Of a stretch of DNA of 64,000 nt, positions 24,801 through 38,308 are shown one piece after another. Source of the DNA: Stegostoma tigrinum (Eukaryota); contig NC_081391.1 in assembly GCF_030684315.1 (NCBI RefSeq), forward strand, positions 14,051,342-14,115,341. The letters run 5' to 3'. How positions within the stretch are numbered: the first letter of the stretch is position 1; the number at the start of each line of letters is the position of its first letter. The translations under genes and the position numbers were made by a program. The notes under the pieces are model-generated. The model was not told the origin of the DNA. It was given only the letters and a program-made list of their open reading frames with translations, and searched no databases.

Positions 24801-26996
24801 TCTCAGGAGAAGCGGGAACATGCAGAGAAGCTGCTGAAATTCCAGAATCAGCGTGGAGGCCGAGTCTTCCTCCAGGATGTGAAGGTTGGAGTTGGGTGGG
24901 GTGGGGAATGGGATGGTAATGGCTGCTCTTGTGGTGTGGTTTCAAGTCAGTGACAAGGTTTTCATTTGAGTCAAAACTTTGTTCAGCCTGTTTGATCTCC
25001 TTTTTGAAGCCAGTGTGGAAAGAAGCCCTTTGGCCCACCATGTCTATGCTGACCCCACAAACACTAACAACATTAATCCCACTTACCTGCCCTTGGTCCA
25101 CAGGCCACTGTCCTGGCACTAAGTATTTGTCCAGCTGGACCCTAAACTGATCTGGAGTAGCTGTCTCCACCACCATCCAACCCTTTATGTGGTTCATCTC
25201 ATGTTTCAAACAGCCCCTCAGAGTGGTGGGGGTGGGGTGAAGTTTCCTCCAATCCCCTCTAACCTGCTTACTCCTCAAACCTGGTTTCTCTCCTGTCTTG
25301 GTGTCTGCCATGGGAAGACATTCCATCAACTGGCCACTCTCTATTCTTCAATTACATCAGGTCACTCCCTCAGCTGTTCCTGCTCCACAGAAAATCCCAG
25401 CCTATCTAACCTCCAATCAATGGATCTTGGGCAACAGCCTGGGGAACCTCACCAGCTTCCCCCTGCAGTGCCATCCTGTCCAGGTGACTGGTGAGGCCAA
25501 AGAGGAATAATGTGGTGACCAGAAAAACAAACTGAGGAGACTGGTCCCCTTCCTGTTCCACCACACCCAACTAATAGAGGTTGCTTGCCCTCTGTCACTG
25601 TTACACCCTGTTGACCTTGTCTGAACTTTGAGGGATCTATGGTTGTGGGCCTTTCTTAACTGTTAGCAGCACAACACACTTTGCAAACACCTCGCTGTCC
25701 CTTGGATGAATTAAATAGCCGTGATGTTTCTGATCATCCTGCTCGGGCATGTATGAAGCCACCAGCACAAGTGGTACTTGAACCTTGGCCTTGTCAGCCA
25801 GAGACAGGGGCACTACCACTGTACCATGACAGCATTTAGGATTCACTCGTCAATATCCTCGCAATTCCATCAGATGGACCCTGATGCAAATCTTGTCATT
25901 ATCCCCCACAATGACCTGTTATTCACCTTCCTCCTTCAGATCAAGGACCGACAGGCAAGGTGAAAGCAATTCTGAAGGAACTGTGCTCCAGGGCTGCCTC
26001 AGGGGCTAGCAGTGTTCTCAGTGCCAGGGACACAGGTTTTGATCTGGCCTCTGGTGAGGGACTGGTGTTGACATGTCCTCCCCATGTCTGCGTTGGTGTC
26101 CTCAGAGTATAAGAGGATTGGCCATCTGAAATGCAGGGTTACAGGAATAGGGTGGGAGAAGGATGAGTTGGGATCCTCTTCAGAGCAGTTACAGACTGAT
26201 CCACGTTGTAGAGATTCTGAAGCTTAACTGTCCTTCTTTGCCTCCTCCCAGAAGCCAGAGAGGGATGAGTGGGGTAACAGCCTGCAGGCAATGCAGGTTG
26301 CCCTGGATCTGGAGAAGAATGTGAACCAGAGTTTGCTGGATCTACACCAAGTCGCCACTGCCCAGGCTGACCCTCATGTAAGCTTCACCTCCTCATTGAC
26401 TTCACTGCTAGGCCCTCAGGGCAACACCTTCATTGGTTGGTCTTTTGTGGATTAGAAATTCAGTTAGACTTTGTTTTTGTGCAGATGACATGGATCACTT
26501 CAGATCCATAGTGATTACAAAATCATTGCTGAGCAGTTGACTCCAAGTATGTATTTTAACTTGTAAACCTGTGGGGAGGACTGAGGCGATATTGGTGACT
26601 GAATTCTCATTCAGGGCCACTGCAGTGGAATGACTTTTATCCATCACAAGTCAACTCTGCTCCAGTAAATAAACAGCAAGATGAAGCAGCTAAAAAGCAG
26701 TTGTCCTCATTGCACAATTTCTCCAGGCGTTGGCTCTAGTCATCCCTGACAATCTCCCTCCATATGCATGTTTTTCAGTGGGGATTCTGAAGTTTCTTGG
26801 ATAGTGTTAATGTACCAAGTGTCATATTCCTCTGTTGCAGCTGTGTGACTTCCTGGAGACCCACTATTTGGATGAGGAGGTGAGGATCATCAAGCAACTT
26901 GGGGACTACATCACCAACCTGAAGCGCCTGGGAGCCCCTGAGAATGGGATGGGAGAGTACCTGTTTGACAGGCTCTCCCTGGAGGACAGCAGTTAG
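21853..26996 (+). CDS. Ferritin subunit (L/M-like), copy D1; intact, 176 aa
   Basis: Exons 21853-21954, 24738-24884, 26252-26377, 26841-26996. All introns GT-AG. TATA at 21759, AATAAA at 27122-27127. Confidence 0.92.
22445..23221 (+). mobile_element. CR1-type LINE 3' fragment in intron 1 of D1
   Basis: Homologous to the 3' half of the LINE at 29531 ([13 protein letters not shown]...[12 protein letters not shown]) and ends in a TGTTCTATG tail; frameshifted. Confidence 0.85.
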
Positions 26997-29530
26997 TGTG
27001 GCCTGGAGTACTGTCTGCTGTCTGAATGCATTCCCCACTTCACCCTGGCCAATCTGTCTCTCTCCAGGGAGAAAGGACTTTGAGCAAAGAATGTAATGGC
27101 TGTACCAGCCGAATGGAAATGAATAAAATGATCTCTTGATCTCAGTTACTGTGCATCATTTTGAGACCACTGATACCTCTTTGGTCAAGCAAGCTTTCTT
27201 GCCTCTCTTCACCATTGCTTTTCCCCAACCCCCTGTGGACAGACTCCAGGCCTATGGGAGCCAGTTGGGGTTCAAATGGGGCCTGTGACCGACCCTGACG
27301 ACAACCATCAACTGGTGGCCCTGCTGACCAGTTCACTTTGTCACTGAAGTCTGCTGCTCCTCCCAGGGGCCCTTGGGTTTTCTGAACTTTCTTCGTTCAA
27401 CTGCATAGATTTGTTTTTCCCCCAGAAGGAATCCAAAATTCCTTCAAGTGGCTTCCTCGGTTTGTTGCTTTCTTTCCTCCGCCCAGGGCTCAGGCCCTCC
27501 CCATAACTGGAAGTCCACCAGCCCTGAGCTGGGGGAAATTCAGCCCAAACATTATGAACAGTCACATTCCAGAGAATCATCTCCAGATTCTATGGGGCTA
27601 CTTGATTGATAGTGGATGCTCTTTAAACCATAAATACAAGGATTGGTGACCTGGAGCTTGGATGATTGCCCATGGTTCAAAATACTCACATTTGGTTTAT
27701 GCTTGCTGCTACAACTGGCCTCTGACTGTTGAAGGGTTTGTACAAAAAGCTGCTGCCTTGGTTCTTGGAACCTTTCCATGGGCTGATGAAATTTTTTTTT
27801 GACCCAGTGAGGGAGCAGGGATTTCTGGGGAAGATGGGGGCTGTCTCCTTCAGTCAAGATGCCTGGACATGCTGACTTTGCCTTACAGCTGTTTCCTTGA
27901 TCATTCAAGGTGTCTGATCATGGGTTAGGGAGGGGGTGATCAGAGACAGCCCGGAGATTATCTTGAGTTTTGGCACAAGTGCACACTGTAGCCTTAGGAA
28001 GAGTGTGGGTCATTAAGGTACTGAATAGATTTGTTCCATCACAAAAATCGTTGTTGTTTGGCCCAGTCTCTATCCTTGGTGATAGAATCCCTGCTCTCTG
28101 GCAAGAGGCCATTTGACCCAGGTAGCATCAACCTTCTGACCAGAATCCTGCTCAGACCCACCCCAGTCCTTTAACCCTGTGTCTTCCCCATGGCTAATCC
28201 AGCTTGCCCCTTGTCAATATCACCAACTTAGCATTGCCTATCCACTTGACCAGCAAATAGTTCAGATGGTGGGTGGGAAACCAAACAGACACTGTAAATG
28301 TACAAACTCCCCAGGGTGCCCTAAGGCTGTAATAAATCCCATGTCGCTGTGAGGTAAGTGTTCGCTACTGAGACACTGTTTCACCCTAAAGTACCGAACA
28401 AAGGAATATGCTGTTGCATACTGTCAGAGTCCTACAGCAGAGATACAGGTTGTTTGGCTCAAACCGTCCAGGTCGAGCAGTGTTCCAAATCTGAACTAGT
28501 TGTGTTTGCCCCGTTTCCCTCAACCAGTCCTTTCCCTGGAAATCACCAAATGTCTTTTAACAACTGCAATTGCACCTACTTCTCCTGCTTTATGTAGCCA
28601 CTCATTCTTGACATAAACCATTTTCTGTGGGGGAAAAGCTGTTCTTCAGATTCCTTCCCTCTCCTCTTCTCCCCCCCCCCCCCCCCCCGCCCCAAACTCC
28701 ACATGCCTGTGTGTGAAAACATTACCCCTACCACCTCTAGTTTTGGACTCCCCTACCCTGTCCCAGCATGCTTACTGTATGCAGTCAATCGTGAGTCTGC
28801 CAAGGGCAAGGCCACATTTAGTGCTCAGCAAGTGTTACACTTCAGGAGGTGGTGATGAGCTGGTCATTACAGTCCATCTGGTGTAGGAGAGACTGGAATG
28901 ATGCTGCTGAGGAGGGGCTTCTGGGATTTTCATTCACAAACAGGGATATTTTCCCAAGTCAGGATGGTGACAGACTTACATGGAGCTCCATTGCATGTTG
29001 TTGGTGCTGCCTCCAGCCAGAACATTGAAAACTGTTCCAGCATTACTCACTCCTAACTTCAGTCTTATTGATGGTGGGCCGGCTTTGGAAAGTTAGAAGT
29101 TGCGTAATCACAACAGAATTCCCTGCCTCTGACTTCCCAATTTTAGAGTTGTTCACTCTACAGAATGCAATGAAAACTGTAACAGATACTGTCACCTTGG
29201 AAACATGCTGGCGTTAAGCGCTGATTCAACTTCAACAATGAAAAACCAAACATGGAGACAGAAATGTTCAACGTGCGATACATTTCTAGCAGCAGCTGAG
29301 ACATAGAACCCTGAGGCCTACTGTGTATAAGAGGCACTCAGCACATTTAGCATCTTGCTTTTCAAACTGGGCTTCATGCGACCCTAAGTCACGGTGATCA
29401 CAGCAGATTCAGAATGGATCTGCAAAGGACATCGGTTGCCTGTAGCAGACGATCCAAAAGCACATTATTCTGTTGCTGCACAGAAATAGGAAAATGTTCA
29501 TATCAACCAAATCAGGGCCTTTGACAAAGA

Positions 29531-30991
29531 TGAGGATTGCAAATGTCATTCCCCTGTTCAGAGGATAGCAAATGTGGTTCCCCTGTGCAAGAAGGGGAGT
29601 AGAGACAACCCTGGTAATTGTAGACCAGTCAGCCTTACCTCAGTTGTTGGTAAAGTGTTGAAAAAGGTTATAAGGGATAGGATTTATAATTATCTCGAAA
29701 AGAATAAATTGGTTAGGGATAGTCAGCATGGTTTTGCGAAGGGAAGGTCGTGCCTCACAAACCTTATTGAATTCTTTCAGAAGGTGATCAAACAGGTATT
29801 TGAGAGTAAACCGGTTGATGTGGTGCATATGGATTTCAGCAAGTCGTTCGATTAGGTTCGCCACAGTCGGCTATTGTACAAAATGCGGAGGAATGGAATT
29901 GTGGGAGATATAGCAGTTTGGATCGGAAATTGACTTGCTGAAAGAAGACACAGGGTGGTAGTTGATGGAAAATGTTCATCCTGGAGACCAGTTACTAGTG
30001 GTGTACTGCAAGGGTCGGTGTTGGGTCCACTGCTGTTTGTCATTTTTATAAATGACCTGGATGAGTTTGTAGAAGGATGGGTTAGTAAATTTGCAGACGA
30101 CACTAAGGTCAGTGGAGTTGTGGATAGTGACGAAGGTAGCTGTAGGTCGCAGAGAGACATAGATAAGCTGCAGAGCTGGGCTGAGAAGTGGCAAATGGAG
30201 TTTAATGCAGACAGGTGTGAGGTGATGCACTTTTGTAGGAGTAACTGGAAGGCAAAGTACAGGGCTAATGGTAAGATTCTTGGTGGTGTAGATGAGCAGA
30301 GAGATCTCGGTGTCCATGTACACAGATCCTTGAAAGTTGCCACCCAGGTTGACAGGGTGGTTGAGAAGGCATACAATGTTTTGGCTTTTATTAATAGAGG
30401 GATTGAGTTCCAGAACCAAGAGGTTATGGCGAAGCTGTACAAAACTCTGGTTAGGCCGCACTTGGAGTATTGTGTATAGTTCTGGTCACCCCATTATAAG
30501 AAGGATGTAGAAGCTTTGGAAAGGGTGCAGAGGAGATTTACTAGGATGTTGCCTGGTATGGAGGGAAGGTCTTAAGAGGAAATGCTGAGGGACTTGAGGC
30601 TGTTTTCATTCGAGAGAAGAAGGCTGAGAGGTGACTTAATTGAAACATATAAAATAATTAGAGGGTTGGATAAGGAGAGCCTTTTTCCTAGGATGGTGAC
30701 AGCGAGCACGAGGGGGCATTGCTTTAAATTGAGGTGTGAACGATATAGGACAGATTTCAGAGGTAGTTTCTCTACTCAGAGTAGTGAGGGAATGGAACGC
30801 TTTGCCTGCAACGGTAGTAGATTCGCCAACTTGAGGTACATTTCAGTCGTCATTGGACGAGCATCTGGACGTACATGGAATAGTGTCGGTTAGATGGGCT
30901 CCATATCGGTATGACTGGTCGGCACAACATCGAGGGCCGAAGGGCCTGTACTGTGCTGTAATGTTCTATGTTTTATGTTCTATATTCTATG
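29531..30991 (+). mobile_element. 5'-truncated CR1-type LINE (RT domain) upstream of E1
   Basis: ORF fragments PGNCRPVSLTS, QHGF, DFSKSFD, GVLQGSVLGPLLF, KFADDTK, RPHLEYC, interrupted by stops. (TGTTCTA)n-like tail. Inserted between CAAAGA and GCTCCAAC of the empty site seen near 21389-21402. Confidence 0.93.
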
Positions 30992-31174
30992 GCTCCAACA
31001 CCAACGTACAAAAGTTATGACGGCTATTCCCTCAGATTAACAATCCGACAGAATTCCGCAAATCTGTGATGACTGAGTCTTAACGCACAACCTCAGATAC
31101 ACAAGTGAAGGTTTAGAGTATATTTTATTGTCATTTTGTGGCAAATACATTTACAGAATGTGCACTTGTAGAGG

Positions 31175-31360
31175 AGGTCAAAGCTCATTCAGCAATTCCA
31201 TCATCGACCAGTTGTCAACTGTGATTCGTTTCTGGATCCAGTTCCCTTCCTGCACTGATTGGACGTGGCAGCTGATCAACTGATCATCAAGAGTGATTGG
31301 CCATCACTGATGATGTCATTTCCTGTTTCATAAAAAGAGGGTCTGCCCCTGGGGTATAAA
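31175..31360 (+). promoter_or_regulatory. Ferritin E1 promoter
   Basis: DR1 with one mismatch (AGGTCA-A-AGCTCA) at 31175-31187, two GATTGG boxes, TATAAA at 31355-31360. Confidence 0.65.
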
Positions 31361-31447
31361 TAGAGTCCCACGGGAATGATGTTGATTGTTCTTCCTAATT
31401 TTGTTATTTTGGTGGTGAGGAGAATAAAAGAAATTTATTGTCACAAG

Positions 31448-34400
31448 ATGGCCTCCCAGATCAGTCAGAACTATCACCAGGATTGTGAAGCTGCTGTCAA
31501 CAAGCAGATTAATGTGGAGCTCACTGCCTCCTATCTCTATCAGTCTTTGGTGAGTGCTGTCTCTCGGGGTTAAACATATAAATCTGTTCTGTTGAAGTAA
31601 ATTCTTTGCCTGGCCTCTAGTGAAGCTGACAATCTAGTAGATTGAGGTTTTGTGGCTCCTACCTAAATATCAGTTCAGGATAGAGGTGGTGTTACTGTCA
31701 CGATGGTGTAGGATACTGATGTATGTTAACTCAGGTCCCAGTTGGCCTTCAGTGGTATCTGGAGGGTAAAAGCCTCTTGCTTTTTTTTTCTTTCTGACAC
31801 AAGTTTCCTGACTTCATTTGCCTGATCTCTGTGGTGGTCCTAAACAAACATGCTGATTTTTTTTAACACTGACTATAACAATAACTTCCCTGTTGCAGTG
31901 GCCCTTGTTAGTCTGAACAAACCTGAGGCTAGTCTGTGACTGGTATCTATTTTATGTGGATCTCCTTCATTGAGGCTGACTTGGCTTTACTTGTATTTAT
32001 TCAAGAGGTGGGTGTGGCCTATCCCGTTCCTACTGAGAGTTGATCTGCCGTGTGTGAGAAATGTTGGATTCCCTCTCCACCCCACCCCACCCCACACTGT
32101 GGCTGCAGGAATGTGCTGAGGCTATTAGCCCAGTGACATTGAAGAAATGGAGGTTGTTCCCATATCATTTAGCTTGACCTAAAACAAAATGTCCCCTCTA
32201 TCCCGGTGGTGATGTGACTGTGCCCTTCCAAGGAGTAGAATGTGCTTGGAAGGTATGTGTTGAAGTAACCTTGGTGAGTGCTGCAGGGGACCTGGTAGGT
32301 AATGGACCCTGAAAGGAGGTGGTGAATGCAGTCCCCATGAAGTGGGCTGCCCTGTCCTGGATGGTGTCTGCTTCTTGCATGTTGTAGCTCCCCTTCTACA
32401 GACACACGGGGAATATTCATCTCTCTCTGGGCTTGTGCCTCTTGGAAGGAAGTTGTCTTGTAAGGAGGACTAAGTCCCTATAAGCCTCACTTGGGAGGTG
32501 GGACCGCTTTAATGGTGAGCCAGTTGTTGGGGTTTAATCACTGTGTCCCAACTCTATTGGCACATGCTTCCCAAGGATAAAATCCCGACTATCTTCTGCC
32601 ACAACTTGTAACTACCCACTGAAACCACAGATATTTGCTTGCCTGACTGTGGTTTTTGGATTTGAGGATTAAAGTAACTTTACAGGAGTCCTTCCCCAGA
32701 ATGTAATTCTTAGCTGATGCTTCCAATAGCGAGCATTAGCTCTTAAACCCTTACATCGAATTGTGAACATGACAGTTTAGATATGAGTCACATGGGCTGA
32801 AAACCTACAGGATTTTTTGCCTGTTTGGGTAAAGTCAGGGCAAGTGTTTTTCCAGGTTACTGTTTTCACTAGTGACGTTATCTACAGGCCACTAATAGTT
32901 GACATTTGATCATTTGTTTTGCAATTTGTTTCAGTCATGTGACTTGGTGCAAGTTTCTGACAGCCTGAGTTTGCACTATTTAGGCAGAGCAATAACCCAC
33001 TGCTGCAACGATCCAAAGGCTGTTACTGGGCAGGCTTTCCTCGGCATTATCTTAGTGCCAAACTCCATACTGGAGACAGCACACCTTTGTAGAGTTCATG
33101 TGTACACTTACATCCCAATCTCATTGATCCTGGGTTTGCAGAAAACATGCTCCCTACTAGTCGTTGACTACAGCAGGGTTTCAACATCTTTTTTCCAGTT
33201 TTCCCCAAAGGCAAAACATAGTGCCTTGCGTCTTGTAGTTGAGAACTGGAATGGGGAGTGAGCCAGTGATGTCTGATGTAGTTTTAACTTGATCTTCCAG
33301 ATGTCCTCCTTTGACCAGGACGATGTTGCCCTCGCCCATTTCTCCCGGTTCTTCAAACATCAGTCCCAGGAGAAGCGGGAACGTGCAGAAAAGCTGCTGA
33401 AATTCCAGAATCAGCGTGGAGGCCGAGTCCTCCTCCAGGATGTGAAGGTTGGGGTTGGGTGGTGGGGGAAGTGCAGGGGGGAATGGCTGCTCTTGCGGTG
33501 TCATCTCCAGTGACAAGATTTTCAGATCCTGAGCGAGTGTGAGAAGTTCTTTTGCTTGGCTTCCCTGTTTGCTCTCCTCCATCTCCAGTGTTTCAGCATT
33601 TATGCAAGCCCTCTGGTCCACCAGGCCTATGCTGACGCAGCAAAGACCGAACTGTACTCACCCTGTACTTGGTCCAGGCCCTACTATACCCTAGTGTTTA
33701 GCACTCGCCCAGCTAGTCCTTTAAACAGTGCTGCAGTAGCCGTTTCCAGCACTTTGTTCTTCCGTTCCCCAACACACCCACCAAATTTCCTCCAATCCCC
33801 TCTATCCTGCTTCCTCAAACCTGTGCCCTCTGGTCTGAGTGTCTGCCATGGGGAAGACATTTTCCCCATCTACTGTCCAGACTTCCTTGTCTTCCATCAA
33901 ACAACCACCTCAGCCTCACCTGCTCAAAGGAAAACCCCCAGCCCATCCAATCTCTCTCCTCAATGGATTTTCTGTCTTGGCGAAACAACCTGGGGACCCT
34001 CACCAGCACCCCCTGCAGTAGCATCCTGTCCTTCTGACCAGTGAGGCCAACGATAGAATGCAGCAGAGACCGGAAGAACAATTTTCATAAAATGTGTTCA
34101 AAGGACTTGTCCCTGTGCTGTTCCTCACAACCCTGCCCCAAACTAACACATGTTACTTGGCCTATGTCCCCTTTCACACACAGTTTGCCTTGTGTGAGCA
34201 TTGAGGGATCGATGATCCTGTGTTTATTGTAAGCACATTACTGCCCCCCACAATGAATTCAAGTCATGATGGTTCTGACCATGCTGCTCGGGCATGTATG
34301 AGGCCACAAGCACAAGTGAGACTTGAACCTCAGCCTTGTCAACCGGAGCTTGGGACACTACCGCTACTTCCCCCACAGCCCTTGGGATTCACTCCTGAAT

Positions 34401-35599
34401 ATCCTTTTTAAGACTCCAGCAGATGGACACTGGTGCAAATAACTAATCTGGTACATTTTTATTCCCTGTGGTACAAGGATACGTTCCTGAGCTTCCGGCT
34501 TCAGGTCAAGGATAAATGGGGCAAGGTGAAAGGAGTCACCAAGTAGCTAATGTTTTCTTTACCTGGACTTCAGGGATGGCACAGTGGCTCAGTGGTTGGC
34601 ACTGTTGACTCAGTGCCAGGGGCACCAGTTTGGTTCTGGCCTGTGACGAGAATTTAAACGTTATCCCAAAGCATGGCTTCCCCACAGAGTAGAAAAGAGG
34701 ATTGGCAACTTGAAATGCAGGTTACACGAACAGGGTGGGAATGGGGCCAGATGGGATGCTCTTCAGCAGTTATGGTCTCAATGGGGTGAATGGCCAGCTC
34801 CCATGCTGCAGGGATTCTGTTTCTAAAGCTTACCTGTCCTTCTCTCCATCCCCAGAAGCCAGAGAGGGATGAGTGGGGTAACAATCTGCAGGCAATGCAG
34901 GTTGCCCTGGATCTGGAGAAGAATGTGAACCAGAGTTTGCTGGATCTCCACCAACTCGCCACAGCACAGACTGACCCTCATGTAAGCTTCACCTCCTCAT
35001 TCACATCACTGCTAGACTCTCAGGGTCATGTTTCATTGGTTGGTCTGTGTGGATTGGAAATTCACTGAAGTAACACTTTCCATCCATTACTTTCCTGAAC
35101 TATTGTAACATTGATCACTTGGGATCATACTGATTACAATGAGGTAAAAGGGGAATTTGATCTCTAATCTAGTGGAAGTGCTGAAATGACGTTGGCCACT
35201 GAGTTCTTCATTAGCATCATTGCAGTGGAATGATCATTGTCCATCACAATCCAACTCAGCTCCATTTCACAAACAGCAAGATGGAGCAGCTGACATGTTG
35301 TCCTCACTGGCACAAATTCTCCAGGTGTTAGCTCGCTTTTCAGGGCTGTCCAGAGCTAGTCATGGCTAAGTCTGTCTTGCAGAGGGAATTCTGAAATTGT
35401 CTTGGATTGTGTTAATGTACCAAGTGTCATATTCCTCTTGCAGCTATGTGACTTCCTGGAGACTCACGATTTGGATGAGGAGGTGGAGATCATCAAGCAA
35501 CTCGGGGACTACATCACCAACCTGAAGCGCCTGGGAGCCCCTGAGAATGGGATGGGAGAGTACCTGTTTGACAGGCTCTCCCTGGAGGACAGCAGTTAG
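31448..35599 (+). CDS. Ferritin subunit, copy E1; open frame with several radical substitutions
   Basis: Exons 31448-31549, 33301-33447, 34856-34981, 35444-35599; GT-AG introns. Differs from sister copy E2 at conserved residues (YFDR to SFDQ, H65R, Y137D). The poly(A) position reads AATGAA. Confidence 0.85.
34574..34790 (+). mobile_element. Degraded tRNA-derived SINE in intron 2 (ancestral, shared by all copies)
   Basis: gatggcacagtggctcagtggttggcactgttgactcagtgccagggg (A-box-like head). Remnants sit at the same intron position near 3820, 10245, 17308, 26000 and 60590. Confidence 0.55.
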
Positions 35600-38308
35600 T
35601 GTGGCCTGGAGTACTGTCTGCTTGGTCTGAATGCATTCCCCACTTCACCCCATGCAATCTGGCTCCTTCCAGGGAAAAGGGGCTTGTAGCAAAGCATGTA
35701 ATAGCTGTACCAGCTGAATGGGAATGAATGAAATGTATTGATGTTGCTTATTGTCCATCATTGAGACCCTTGATATTGAAGAGCTTTTGAGAGCTTCAAG
35801 CCTGTAATTTTGGCTAATGAAATTATTAATTTGACAAAATATTTCCCTGGTCTTCCCTCCAACACCACCGCAGCATCAGTCTCGGAATTCCTGTGGAACT
35901 TCCTCTAAGTTATGAATCGAAGTTATTCCCCCAGCCAGAACTTGAGGTTGGGGCCTGCGGGGTGTAAAATCAGTTTGTACTATTATCTCACACCCAGGTA
36001 TGATGAATACAGGTGCAGCTAAAATTTTCATTGCTTTCGAAAGAGAAAACACCCCTGCTTGGCCGAAAGAAAGACTTGACACCCACTTTCACTGAAACAG
36101 GACTGTTGGATCCTTTATGTTCATGTCTAGTTTGCTTAGCAATAGCTTCCCTGTCAACCTCCACCAACCGAGACTTATTGCTAAAGTCCACACAAATCAC
36201 AAGTTGATGCCAACGTAAATTCAGTGCCAGCTGGCTCGGCTTGCCTCAACAAGAGCTTAAGGGAAGAGACCCAGCAGCGTCCCCCCTCTAGCCTTGTGGA
36301 GGAACCAGCAATGCTGGGAGCAATAAACTTAAACTTAGCAATGTGGATCTGACACACCTGGTCTATTCTATTGAAATCAATGTTATTACTTTTTCCTGAC
36401 AGTGCCTCCTAGATTCACTGAGACCCAGTTGAGGTTCAAGCTAAGACCAGCCCTGTGGCCTCCTGACCCCCACCACCAACTGCCTGCCTCAGGACAGCCA
36501 TCAGCAGTTGCTCACAATGACCAGTTCATTTGTTCCTTCGCCTGAGGAACATGCGCTGCCCTCCCAGGCGATATGGATTAAATCCCCATTGGAGCTCGAC
36601 AAGAAAGCTCACACGGGGGGAACCATTTCCCAGGAGTAATCCAAAGCTGTCCTAATGTGGTTTTGCTCCATTTACTTCCTTGCTCTCTGCCAGGTCTTGG
36701 TCAGAAACCCCACCACGCCTAGTAATAAACTTCAGGCCAGCCAGCCCAGAGATGGGAATATTCAGCACAAGTCTGCTTGAAAAAATTCACCTGAACTGGA
36801 TGCACTTAATGCGACCGACAGCAGGATAACAGTGACCTGGGAATGACACAGCAACGCTCCTGGTTAAATGCTGCCATTTGATTGGCTCTTGCTGCTGAAG
36901 CCTGCAGTGAGCGCACTAAGCTGCTCCCTTGGTTCCTCTGAGCTTCCCCCACGGGGAGGGTTACTCCTGATGCAGGTTGATTTCACCCGATCACATGGAA
37001 GGAGCAGTGTGACTCAGGGAGGAGACCTGCAGATGCTGACTTTCCTGAATGGCTGCTTCCTTTATCTTTCGAGGTGTCAGAGATCGTGGTTTAGGGAGGG
37101 GGCTATCAGAGACATCCTGGGGAATGTTTCAGGGAGTTTTGTAGCGAGTGCACACTGCAGCCTTCACTGAGGGTGTGGGTCTTTAAGGCACTGAATGTAT
37201 TTGTTCCACCACGTAGAGTTTTATTTTAAACCATCTTGAGTCTTGGGTGTAGAATCCCTGCAGTGCGGGAAGAGGTTGTTCAGCCCATTTAGTCTGCACT
37301 GATCCTCTGAACAGCATCTTGTTCAGACACACCCTGCCTTCTTACGCCATCTTTCCCACGGCCAGTCCAAAATAAACTGCATGTCTTTGGACTGTGGGAG
37401 GAGGCCCACACAGGCACGGGGAGGATGTGCAGCCTCCACACGTGACTGGAATTGACCCCAGGTCCCTGGCACTATGAGGCAGTAATGCTGACCATTAAAA
37501 TACCCTGCCATCCAAAAGTTACAAAAAACAGGAACACTCTGTTGCACAGAATTAGAGTGAATGACTCATTTCTTACGGAAACAGACCCTTCGGTCCTACC
37601 CGTCCATGCTGACGGGGTTTCCCAACCTGACATAGTCCCACTTGCCTGCCTTTGGCCCATATCCTTCTAAACCATTCCTTTCCATGTAAATCTCCAAATG
37701 TCACTTAAATGTTGTAATTCTAACTACATCCACCACTGTCTCTGACAGCTCGTTCTAAACATACACACCACCTTCTGTATGAAAATGTTGCCCCTCATGT
37801 CCCCATCAAATCTTACCCCTCTCCCCTCAAACCGATGCCCTCTAATTTTGGACGCCCCCCCCCCCCCCCGATCCTGTCCCAGCATGCTTTTTATATACAG
37901 TCAATCTTGAGTGTGCCAACGGCAAGGCTACATTTAGTGTTCAGCAACTGTTACACTTCAGGAGGTGGTGATGAGCTGCTTATTACAGTCCACCTGGTGT
38001 AGGAGAGACCGGAATGATGCTGCTGCTGTTGCTGAGGAGGGGCTTCTGGGATCTTCACTCACAAACACTGATATTATTCCAAGTCAGGATGGTGACGGAT
38101 TTACTTGGAGCTGCTTCAGTGTCACTGGGGCGGCATTGAGCTGGAAAATTGCAAGCTTCTCCAGCATTATTCCCAACTTCAGTCTTATCGATGGTGGACA
38201 GACTCTGGAAAGTCTGAAGTAGAGTTATTCACAACAGAATTCCCAGACTCTGACTTGGTCTCAAAGCCATGAGCACATGAATTAGGACTGACCTCTGCCC
38301 ATGGTTTC

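Noticed and set aside
29852-30461. Long minus-strand ORFs opposite the LINEs and ferritin exons
   Set aside because: These are antisense shadows of real coding or LINE frames.
36868-37170. 100-aa ORF in a conserved intergenic block
   Set aside because: Paralogous copies (e.g. near 62968) have in-frame stops, and there is no recognisable domain.
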